A DNA stretch of 63,784 nt, counting the filler, from Octopus bimaculoides (Eukaryota), in the NCBI RefSeq assembly GCF_001194135.2. It is 4 parts of 4 records of this genome, joined end to end, with 100 filler letters (N's around TTAATTAATTAA, not from the genome) between each part and the next. Parts side by side here need not be neighbours in the genome. Positions count along the whole stretch, not along the records: positions 1 to 27,541 come from NC_068983.1; positions 27,642 to 39,998 come from NC_068984.1; 2 more parts are not named here. One strand, written 5' to 3'. The position numbers were made by a program, and so were the translations under genes. Below, piece after piece: positions 25,180 to 35,630 of the stretch. Position 1 is the first letter of the stretch. Each line of letters begins with the position of its first letter. Below the pieces are notes generated by a model. It did no database searches, was not told the origin of the DNA, and was given only the letters and a program-made list of their open reading frames with translations.

Positions 25180-25345
25180 TTTTTTTTTTTTCGATCCCTT
25201 TTGATCGAACTCCCCCTTTTTCCCTTCCTACGATCCCTTTTGATCGACACCACCACTTTTTTTTTTTTTTCCCCTCCCAAAAAGAAAAACTCTACATTGT
25301 ATTTGTCCCATCTTCGTTGAGCCCTGTGTGGCTAATAAAAGAAAT
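25180..25345 (+). mobile_element. Putative 5'-truncated Tx1-like 3'UTR in (TATC)n; repeated at 25526-25673 by assembly overlap
   Basis: Ends TTTGTCCCATCTTCGTTGAGCCCTGTGTGGCT-AATAAAAGAAAT followed by GTATCTAT, and is preceded by (TATC)6. Confidence 0.55.
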
Positions 25346-25770
25346 GTATCTATTTCAAATCGGAAATAGCTCTATTTAGAGCCTTATTTCCCAAAATTCA
25401 AAAACATCTTCCTCTATCCTAGCCATATGCTGTAAAGCAAATATGGCTATGATATACAACAAGGCCGATTTCCCGCCTCTAATGCCAGAGGCGAAAGAAC
25501 TTAATGCCGCTCCGCNNNNNNNNNNCTTTTGATCGAACTCCCCCTTTTTCCCTTCCTACGATCCCTTTTGATCGACACCACCACTTTTTTTTTTTTTTCC
25601 CCTCCCAAAAAGAAAAACTCTACATTGTATTTGTCCCATCTTCGTTGAGCCCTGTGTGGCTAATAAAAGAAATGTATCTATTTCAAATCGGAAATAGCTC
25701 TATTTAGAGCCTTATTTCCCAAAATTCAAAAACATCTTCCTCTATCCTAGCCATATGCTGTAAAGCAAAT

Positions 25771-27541
25771 ATGGCTATGATATACAACAAGGCCGATTTC
25801 CCGCCTCTAATGCCAGAGGCGAAAGAACTTAATGCCGCTCCGCATGAACGCAGACAGGTGGTGGAGAAGAGCAATGATTCTGAATCTACTGCTGCTGCTT
25901 CAGCCACCATCACGTGTAAAAACTCTGCTGCTACAGCAGTCTTGCCTGCCACCGTCACCAGTGAAAACAACAACAACAATAACAACAACAACAGTAACAG
26001 CAAGGACACAAATGTCCTTGCTAACAAAACCACTGTCCTCACCACTGATACCACCACTACCGCCACCGCCACCACAACAAACACGAACTTTGCCGAGGCT
26101 TTGAAGCCCAGAAAAAGAATATTGAATATATCGAAAGAGAAATTACTCGCATGCAAAAGCATGCTAAGTAAAAAGGACGTTACAGTCCATCTTCAAACAC
26201 CTGCGGACTTTAAAATAAACATAAAAAAAAAGCTATCATCTACAGAACTATANNNNNNNNNNNNNNNNNNNNNNNNNNNNNNNNNNNNNNNNNNNNNNNN
26301 NNNNNNNNNNNNNNNNNNNNNNNNNNNNNNNNNNNNNNNNNNNNNNNNNNNNNNNNNNNNNNNNNNNNNNNNNNNNNNNNNNNNNNNNNNNNNNNNNNNN
26401 NNNNNNNNNNNNNNNNNNNNNNNNNNNNNNNNNNNNNNNNNNNNNNNNNNNNNNNNNNNNNNNNNNNNNNNNNNNNNNNNNNNNNNNNNNNNNNNNNNNN
26501 NNNNNNNNNNNNNNNNNNNNNNNNNNNNNNNNNNNNNNNNNNNNNNNNNNNNNNNNNNNNNNNNNNNNNNNNNNNNNNNNNNNNNNNNNNNNNNNNNNNN
26601 NNNNNNNNNNNNNNNNNNNNNNNNNNNNNNNNNNNNNNNNNNNNNNNNNNNNNNNNNNNNNNNNNNNNNNNNNNNNNNNNNNNNNNNNNNNNNNNNNNNN
26701 NNNNNNNNNNNNNNNNNNNNNNNNNNNNNNNNNNNNNNNNNNNNNNNNNNNNNNNNNNNNNNNNNNNNNNNNNNNNNNNNNNNNNNNNNNNNNNNNNNNN
26801 NNNNNNNNNNNNNNNNNNNNNNNNNNNNNNNNNNNNNNNNNNNNNNNNNNNNNNNNNNNNNNNNNNNNNNNNNNNNNNNNNNNNNNNNNNNNNNNNNNNN
26901 NNNNNNNNNNNNNNNNNNNNNNNNNNNNNNNNNNNNNNNNNNNNNNNNNNNNNNNNNNNNNNNNNNNNNNNNNNNNNNNNNNNNNNNNNNNNNNNNNNNN
27001 NNNNNNNNNNNNNNNNNNNNNNNNNNNNNNNNNNNNNNNNNNNNNNNNNNNNNNNNNNNNNNNNNNNNNNNNNNNNNNNNNNNNNNNNNNNNNNNNNNNN
27101 NNNNNNNNNNNNNNNNNNNNNNNNNNNNNNNNNNNNNNNNNNNNNNNNNNNNNNNNNNNNNNNCGACATGTCGCCAGATGAAGATGACACAGAGGATTGG
27201 CAAGTGGCCACGGGGGGAAGAAGACAAAGAGGAAAAAAAAGAACGGAAAAACAAACAAAGCGGGGAGGTTTACCAGCCCCGAAACCAACACATCCACAGA
27301 AAACAAAAACACCAACACAAACGCACCAACACCTCAAAGTAAAAACAATGTTAACAGCGATAAACACAAACAATCCAGACCTAATGAAATTCATTAGGTC
27401 AAACACTAACATAACAGAAAATGACACGAAAACAAGCAATCACCCACGCACAACACCACCACAACACATCAAAATCATACACGTAACACGTAGCACATAC
27501 AATACACTGAAATCTCTCTACTCGGATGCAGTAGGGAGATT
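25771..27541 (+). CDS. Probable ORF1 of a second non-LTR (Tx1-like) retrotransposon, interrupted by an N gap and cut by the scaffold end
   Basis: 160-codon open frame (ADFPPL...NFAEALKPRKR...) before the gap and an EDWQVATGGRRQRGKKR frame after it, both typical of low-complexity ORF1 ends. No ORF2 is visible to confirm. Confidence 0.5.
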
Positions 27542-27641
27542 NNNNNNNNNNNNNNNNNNNNNNNNNNNNNNNNNNNNNNNNNNNNTTAATTAATTAANNN
27601 NNNNNNNNNNNNNNNNNNNNNNNNNNNNNNNNNNNNNNNNN
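27542..27641. other. Artificial scaffold linker N44-TTAATTAATTAA-N44
   Basis: Exactly 100 nt; the 12-mer has stops in all six frames; identical at three sites. Confidence 0.95.
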
Positions 27642-27915
27642 AGTGCCGCTGGACTGTCTCTCATGCGGGTGGCATGTAAAATACACCATTTTGAGCGTGG
27701 CCGTTGCCAGTTCCGCCTGACTGGCCTTCGTGCCGGTGGCACGTAAAAGTACCCACTACACTCTCGAAGTGGTTGGTGTTAGGAAGGGCATCCAGCTGTA
27801 GAAACTCTGCCAAATCAGATTGGAACCTGGTGTAGCCATCTGGTTTCACCAGTCCTCAGTCAAATCGTCCAACCCATTCTAGCATGGAAAGCGGACATTA
27901 GACGATGATGATGAT
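27642..27915 (+). mobile_element. Family C interspersed repeat (SINE-like), 3' part
   Basis: GTGCCGGTGGCACGTAAAAG...GTTAGGAAGGGCATCCAGCTGTAGAAACTCTGCC...CATGGAAAGCGGACATTAGAC(GAT)n tail. Confidence 0.8.
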
Positions 27916-28977
27916 CATCATAACTAATGTAAAGAATCGATGCATAGGATTTACATGTTTTATAATGATGGACTCATCAAGGTTTAAGAAACTGATAAAA
28001 TGAACGATTGGAATTTACATAGAATATAAACTAAACTATTAATAGAGAACATGATAATTATGTAGTAATTTAATTAGATTGCACTATCTTAAATTATCAG
28101 GAACTTATTACAAAATAATAATGGAACAAAGATTAGATTTATTTAATTCACCCATAAAATGATAATACAACAACAGCAATGGAATAACATGAATCCTTTA
28201 GGGTCAGGCATCAAATAAAATTTTAAAAGGTTTAAAAACTATTACGAAATTTCAAAACATCCTATTCGTTAAAGTTAAGTAAGATACGCACTAAACTAAC
28301 AACAATAGCAAATGTGATAAGAAAAAAATTTAAGTAAAACCGTATACCATCCATGGATAAAGTTAAGATTTTAGTTTTCACAGGAAGATTATACATTAAG
28401 GTGAGAGATCAAAAATATGCTATAAAAGTTCAATTTCAATTTAAATTTGCACTAATTATAGCCTTAGATAAACATGGTAGGTGTTAAAATACCACACTAT
28501 ATAAGTTTGCTATTTTTAAAAATATTTAAATGTGCGAGTGGAACAGTGTATACACAATACTCTAAGGTCTAATCTGTTATTAATCAGGTTAGAATTGTTT
28601 CTAAGTTTAAAAATTTCAATATCTTTGTGCAGCTGAGGATTGCTCTGCATTTTGCATTTGATGTGATGTTCACATTGCTTAAATGAATGGAGTCGCACGA
28701 AACGATTGTACTGCATTGACTTTGGATATCCTTGTTGCTTATTTTGATATTGTATATATATATATATATATACACACACATACCGAAGCAAATATNNNNN
28801 NNNNNNNNNNNNNNNNNNNNNNNNNNNNNNNNNNNNNNNNNNNNNNNNNNNNNNNNNNNNNNNNNNNNNNNNNNNNNNNNNNNNNNNNNNNNNNNNNNNN
28901 NNNNNNNNNNNNNNNNNNNNNNNNNNNNNNNNNNNNNNNNNNNNNNNNNNNNNNNNNNNNNNNNNNNNNNNNNNNNN

Positions 28978-29026
<49 letters not shown>

Positions 29027-29793
29027 GATACACACACACACACATATATACATACACTCATATACACCAGTACATGCATATACAAATTTCTGGAGCAACA
29101 CAGGCAGATATACACAAATATATATATATATATNNNNNNNNNNNNNNNNNNNNNNNNNNNNNNNNNNNNNNNNNNNNNNNNNNNNNNNNNNNNNNNNNNN
29201 NNNNNNNNNNNNNNNNNNNNNNNNNNNNNNNNNTTTCATGAACGCTGACACTGTCTTCCTTACAGACGCTTTCTGTCTCCGTCCCCCACTTTTTCTTTAC
29301 TTCTTTTTTGTTAGACGCTGGCAAACAATCTGTAACTCTCCCTCACACCCCTCTCACAAACATAAATTTCTCTCTCCTTCACGCGGTTATGCACACTTTG
29401 ACTTGGCATGTCTCACTCTCCCACTTTTTCTTTACGTTTTTTTGTTAGACACTGGTAAACAATCAGTATCTCTCCCTCATCCCCCTTTCACAAACATACA
29501 ATTTCTCTCTCTCTCCTTCACGTACAAACTTCAAAATTGGTAAAAGCTATGTTTGAAAATCAATTTTTACAGCTATACGCAGGTACCTCAGAGGGTTATG
29601 ACGAATGTCCTCCTAAAAGTGGAGCAACATGCGTGCTAATTTGTGGGCGTGCATAAACTACATTTACGTACACACACACACACACACACACACACATCTT
29701 CCCTCATTTAACGTCTGCCTTCCATGCTGGCATATAATATAGATGTGTGTGTATTGTTGTGTGTATATATATATATATATATANNNNNNNNNN

Positions 29794-30022
29794 TGCCACC
29801 GGCACAAGTGCCAGGAAGGCGACGCTGGGCACAGGTGCAATCACGATTTCGCTTTCGCTTGCCCCAACAGGTCTTTGCAAGCCGAGTTTCATGTCTAATG
29901 AAGGAGACGACGTTGGCATTGGTGCCAGTCATCGAATTTGGTTCGATTTCGATTTCACTCAACGGGTCTTCGCAAGCGGAGTTTGGTGTCCAATGAAGGA
30001 AGGTTCGCATAAGTGGGCTGGC
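29794..30022 (-). mobile_element. Family C element fragment (left arm of an inverted pair)
   Basis: Reverse complement of 30088-30303, about 90% identical. Confidence 0.85.
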
Positions 30023-30085
30023 TACACCCACGTAAATACATGCACACAAATATACATTTACACATACACACACACATACATAAAC

Positions 30086-30600
30086 GTACCTTCCTTCATT
30101 GGACACTAGACTCCGCTTGCGAGGACCTGTTGAGGCAAGTGAAATCGAAATCGAGTTAAATTTGATGACTGGCACCCATGCCAACGTCGTCTCCTTCATT
30201 GGACACGAGGCTCAGCTTGCGAAGACTTGTTGGGGCAAGCGAAGGCGAGATCGTGATGGCACCTGTGCCCAGCGTCGCCTTTCTGGCACTTGTGCCCGCG
30301 GCATGTGTAAGGACTTTCGAGTTAGATCGATGCCAGTGCCCCTGGACTGGCTCTTGTGCGGGTGGCACATAAGATAGACCATTTTGAGCGTGGCCGTTGC
30401 CAGTACCGCCTGACTGGACTTCATGCCGGTGGCACGTAAAAGTACCTACTACACTCTCTGAGTGGTTGGCGTTAGGAAGGGCATCCAGCTGTAGAAACTC
30501 TGCCAAGTGCTGTGCGTGAGAAGACCCGGCAAGCCAAGTGAGACCTAAATCTAAGGCCTCAGCCAGTCCACTTATGTGTACCTTCCTTCATTGGACACTA
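30086..30600 (+). mobile_element. Family C element with several internal modules, followed by the start of another unit
   Basis: CCTTCATTGGACAC at 30093, 30193 and 30586; repeated GTGC(C/G)GGTGGCAC modules; shared 3' body. Confidence 0.8.
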
Positions 30601-31275
30601 NNNNNNNNNNNNNNNNNNNNNNNNNNNNNNNNNNNNNNNNNNNNNNNNNNNNNNNNNNNNNNNNNNNNNNNNNNNNNNNNNNNNNNNNNNNNNNNNNNNN
30701 NNNNNNNNNNNNNNNNNNNNNNNNNNNNNNNNNNNNNNNNNNNNNNNNNNNNNNNNNNNNNNNNNNNNNNNNNNNNNNNNNNNNNNNNNNNNNNNNNNNN
30801 NNNNNNNNNNNNNNNNNNNNNNNNNNNNNNNNNNNNNNNNNNNNNNNNNNNNNNNNNNNNNNNNNNNNNNNNNNNNNNNNNNNNNNNNNNNNNNNNNNNN
30901 NNNNNNNNNNNNNNNNNNNNNNNNNNNNNNNNNNNNNNNNNNNNNNNNNNNNNNNNNNNNNNNNNNNNNNNNNNNNNNNNNNNNNNNNNNNNNNNNNNNN
31001 NNNNNNNNNNNNNNNNNNNNNNNNNNNNNNNNNNNNNNNNNNNNNNNNNNNNNNNNNNNNNNNNNNNNNNNNNNNNNNNNNNNNNNNNNNNNNNNNNNNN
31101 NNNNNNNNNNNNNNNNNNNNNNNNNNNNNNNNNNNNNNNNNNNNNNNNNNNNNNNNNNNNNNNNNNNNNNNNNNNNNNNNNNNNNNNNNNNNNNNNNNNN
31201 NNNNNNNNNNNNNNNNNNNNNNNNNNNNNNNNNNNNNNNNNNNNNNNNNNNNNNNNNNNNNNNNNNNNNNNNNNN

Positions 31276-31319
<44 letters not shown>

Positions 31320-31695
31320 CTTAAATATATCCTTAAACATGTAAAACTTTGTAATTCCTATGAGCAAATGAAACATGTAATGGTGAATAAATACTGCCAA
31401 TAAATTTTGTTGTATGTATGTATATATATATATGTATGTAGTGACAAGCTTCTTTCAGTTTCTGTTTACCAAATCCATTCACATGGGTTTGGTCAGCCCA
31501 AAGCTATAGTAGAAGGTACTTGCCAAAGGATCATGCAGTAGTACCAAACCCGGAACAATGTTATTGGGAAGCAAAGTTGTTACCACATAGCTATGTTTCA
31601 TAAAATTCAGATTCTCTTTCTATTTTATAAAGCAGTTATTTTCTTCTGTTAATCGTTTTCACCAATTTTCATCTATCTTAAAACAATGAAATAAA

Positions 31696-31850
31696 GGTAA
31701 TTTTTCAGATAAACACCCGCACGATCTTCACTAGGGTGTTAGGGTTTGGGTTAGGGAATTCCATCCCTAACCGTAACCCTAACTCTAAACACTAACCCTG
31801 ACCCTAACACCCTAGTGAAGACTGTGCGGGTGTTAATCTGAAAAATTACC
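31696..31850. mobile_element. Palindromic MITE, probably Merlin type, with TTAGGG/CCCTAA repeats
   Basis: TIR GGTAATTTTTCAGAT(A/T)AACACCCGCAC...; 8-bp TSD GAAATAAA (31688-31695) / GAAATAAG (31851-31858). Confidence 0.8.
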
Positions 31851-32069
31851 GAAATAAGTACCAATGATATATTGAGGTCGAATAAAGATTCTTTTTTGTT
31901 CAGGATTCATTCAAAATAGATATACCAACCAATGCAAGTGTGCTCCGTCCCACCAACTGTTGTTCCTCATTACTTTTAGAAAAATGGATATTTTTTAATG
32001 AAATTTTCCACAAAATTATATCCAAGATTTCTCCCCCTCGCCTTCCAAAAGTTTTTTTACAAATTCCTA

Positions 32070-32710
32070 TACTCTCTTTTACTCTTTTATTTGTTTCAGT
32101 CATTTGACTGCGGCCATGCTGGAGCACCGCCTTTAGTCGAGCAAATCGACCCCATGACTTATTCTTTGTAACCCTAGTACTTATTCTAACGGTCTCTTTT
32201 GCCGAACCGCTAAGTTAAGGGGACGTAAACACACCAGCATCGGTTGTCAAGCGATGTTGGGAGGACAAACACAGGCACACAAACACACATATATACATAT
32301 ATACGACGGGCTTCTTTCAGTTTCCGTCTACCAAATCCACTCGCAAGGTTTTGGTCAGCCAGAGGCTACAGTAGAAGACACTTGCCCNNNNNNNNNNCGA
32401 CCCCATGACTTATTCTTTGTAACCCTAGTACTTATTCTAACGGTCTCTTTTGCCGAACCGCTAAGTTAAGGGGACGTAAACACACCAGCATCGGTTGTCA
32501 AGCGATGTTGGGAGGACAAACACAGGCACACAAACACACATATATACATATATACGACGGGCTTCTTTCAGTTTCCGTCTACCAAATCCACTCGCAAGGT
32601 TTTGGTCAGCCAGAGGCTACAGTAGAAGACACTTGCCCAAGGTGCCACGCAGTGGGACTGAACCCGGAACCATGTGGTTGGTAAGCAAGCTACTTACCAC
32701 ACAGCTACTC
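32070..32710 (-). mobile_element. SINE family B, near full length (part duplicated across a 10-N gap)
   Basis: Complete head (GGAGTAGCTGTGTGGTAAG on the reverse strand) to tail (AAGAGT)n. Confidence 0.9.
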
Positions 32711-33044
32711 CTATAATCATAATCTACACCATCTGAAAGTGAAACATACGTATGGTTGTTGTTCATTTTACTTGTTTCAGTCATTGGACCACGGCCATGC
32801 TGAACCATCAGCTTAGAGGGTTGAGTCGAACAAATCGACCCTAGTATTTATATTCTTAAAACTTAGTACTTATTTTATCAGTTCCTTTTGTCAAACAGAC
32901 AGGCACACACATACACACACACACACATTCATTACTGCAAAACGAACAGCACTATTACGGAGTATTAACTGTAATTAATATATTAAAATAAAACATTGGT
33001 TTGAAGGTTTCTTATTTTTATGTTGTTTAAAAAATAATTATATA

Positions 33045-33245
33045 TATATATGTATGTGTTTGTCCTCCCAACATCGCTTGACAACCGATGGTGGTGTGTT
33101 TACGTCTCCGTAACTTAGCGGTTCGGCATAAGTGACCGATAGAGTAAGTACTAGGCTTACATAGAATAAGTCCTGGGGTCGATTTGCTCGACTAAAGGCG
33201 GTGGTCCAGCATGGCCACAGTCAAATGACTGAAACAAGTAAAAGT
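33045..33245 (+). mobile_element. SINE family B 3' part, inverted relative to 32092-32275
   Basis: Direct comparison of the two copies. Confidence 0.88.
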
Positions 33246-34486
33246 GTATATATATTATGTATTATATATATATATATGTTACATATACATAAGAAAAAAG
33301 TTAGGGACGGATTTAAATTATCTCCGTTGAAACGAATAATTGCCCAAATTTCAAAGTGGGCTCTGGCCGAAACTCCACGCTTTTCTCTTCACATTGTGTC
33401 TTAATTTGCGGATTTTCACCTTTTTTCCTTCATGAACTCACACCATCGCTTGTTCCCATCGTTATTTTCGTTTACTTTGATGATAAAAAAAATAAGGATA
33501 GAATTTCCGACCATAGTCCTAAGACATTGCAAATAAGTATCGATTATCTCGGCTAACCATGAAAGATTCGTGCCCCCTCACCACTACCTCTCATTTTGCT
33601 TGATATATAAAAAATATATTACAGCTTTAAAAATAAAAATAAAAAACCCAGCCAACTACATCTTTAAATCATTAATTCTCCGGTTAATATATAGATCCAC
33701 ACCCGGTGGAAAAATTGAAAAAAAAAATAAAAAACCTATTCTCCCGTAAGTTGTGTAATAAAAAAAAAATTCAAGTAAAATAAACTTTGAAAGTTTTATA
33801 ACTTGTCTTCACAAACCAAGTGGACACTTTGGTTATCAGGTCATAAAGTAGAACATATCTGTCTTGAACACAAACATTCCTTATGGAAGGGAAAATGATA
33901 TAATGGTACTAAAGAAATAAATAAATAAATAAATAAAAAATCTATGTGCGAAATAAGATTATTAAAGTAGTTCTATGTAAAATCTAAACTGGAATCAACT
34001 ATTTTAGTATATAAACGAACAAAGCAAAAGAAAAAAAAAGTTGTGTTTATTTTTCTATTAATGTAACATTTAGTTACCATTTCTTGTTTTTGGTTGAATA
34101 ATCACAAAAGTCTCTACATCAGTCGACCGTTGCAGTATCACCACTCCACACACACACACGTGGGCGCGCACACACACATACACGCAGTCTCTTTCTCTCT
34201 CGTGTGGAAAGGTTAATAGCAGTATTCCACGGCCATTTTTTTTTCTGTGCGAGTGAACGTTGCTTTAACTCCTGTTTATATACTGGTGACGCCGCTCTGT
34301 CTGGCCACAACCACCATTTCTGCTTCTGTATCGTAAACCACGATCTTTCTGGGTAGGAAAGAAAGAAATAGTAAAAAAAGGTTTCAGCTCTCCCCAGTGG
34401 CGACTAACCGCTATCTGTTGCAGTTTGTGATTAAGAATTGAATCGTAGTTTTTTCTTTCTTTTTTATTTTCTAAGTAGCTAGGTTA

Positions 34487-34660
34487 GGTACTACTAAAGC
34501 AGCGCGGACCCGAACGCGCAGCCGCGCAAGCTAGTCTTGAGTGGTCGATCCTAACCCTAACCCGCGTGTGCAACGTGTTTAGGGTTAGGGTTAGGATCGA
34601 CCACTCACGACTAGCTAGCGCGGACGCGCGACTGCGCGTTCGCGCTGCTTTAGTAGTACC
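34487..34660. mobile_element. GC-rich palindromic MITE, probably Merlin type, with CCCTAA/TTAGGG repeats
   Basis: TIR GGTACTACTAAAGCAGCGCG; perfect 8-bp TSD CTAGGTTA (34479-34486 and 34661-34668). Confidence 0.88.
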
Positions 34661-35369
34661 CTAGGTTATTTTCACATTGAAACTACATTCCTTAGTTTTT
34701 CTCATCTGTTACGAATAACATTTGGTGGACATTGGAATTAGACACTGAGGGAAAATGGCTGTAACTTTTTTAATTTTGGCGATTTTCGTTTTCGATAATG
34801 TTCTATATGTCACGGTCATGCGATTCCCCCTAAAAACATTTTCTACCCTAACCCTAACCCCGACCCTAACCCTGTTTGCCAAAGCGCATTTTTTCCTTCA
34901 TATTTATTTACATATAGTCCATCTGGACCAATGCAAGATTTGGATTGTCCGCGTTTAGCTGTTATTTCTAGCATATCAAGTTTCGTGGTGGGGACTCCAC
35001 AAATGATCCTTTTTCTGTTTCAATATAAATGTAAGCCGTTCATTTTCACATCNNNNNNNNNNNNNNNNNNNNNNNNNNNNNNNNNNNNNNNNNNNNNNNN
35101 NNNNNNNNNNNNNNNNNNNNNNNNNNNNNNNNNNNNNNNNNNNNNNNNNNNNNNNNNNNNNNNNNNNNNNNNNNNNNNNNNNNNNNNNNNNNNNNNNNNN
35201 NNNNNNNNNNNNNNNNNNNNNNNNNNNNNNNNNNNNNNNNNNNNNNNNNNNNNNNNNNNNNNNNNNNNNNNNNNNNNNNNNNNNNNNNNNNNNNNNNNNN
35301 NNNNNNNNNNNNNNNNNNNNNNNNNNNNNNNNNNNNNNNNNNNNNNNNNNNNNNNNNNNNNNNNNNNNN

Positions 35370-35630
35370 ACACCAGGCTCCAATCTAATTTGGCAGAGTT
35401 TCTACAGCTGGATGCCCTTCCTAACGCCAACCACTCAGAGAGTGTAGTGGGTGCTTTTACATGTCACCCGCACGAAAACGGCCACGCTCGAAATGGTGCA
35501 TCTCATGTGCCACCCGCACAAGAGGCCAGTCCAGGGGCACTGGCAACGATCTTACTTGGCTTGCCGGGTCTTCTCACGCACAGCACATTTCCAAAGGTCT
35601 CAGTCAGTAGTCATCGCCTCAGTGAGGCAA
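35370..35630 (-). mobile_element. Family C element
   Basis: Reverse complement of the body seen at 27750-27840 and 30330-30540. Confidence 0.82.

Noticed and set aside
25197-25822. Exact 320-bp direct repeat suggesting a tandem array or LTR
   Set aside because: The two copies are identical and meet at a 10-N gap, typical of unmerged overlapping contig ends.
30538-31403. Long ORFs spanning N runs (also 26193-27439, 62097-63158 and others)
   Set aside because: Length comes from Ns, which contain no stop codons.
32144-32627. Apparent tandem duplication within SINE B
   Set aside because: Identical sequence on each side of a 10-N gap; assembly overlap.
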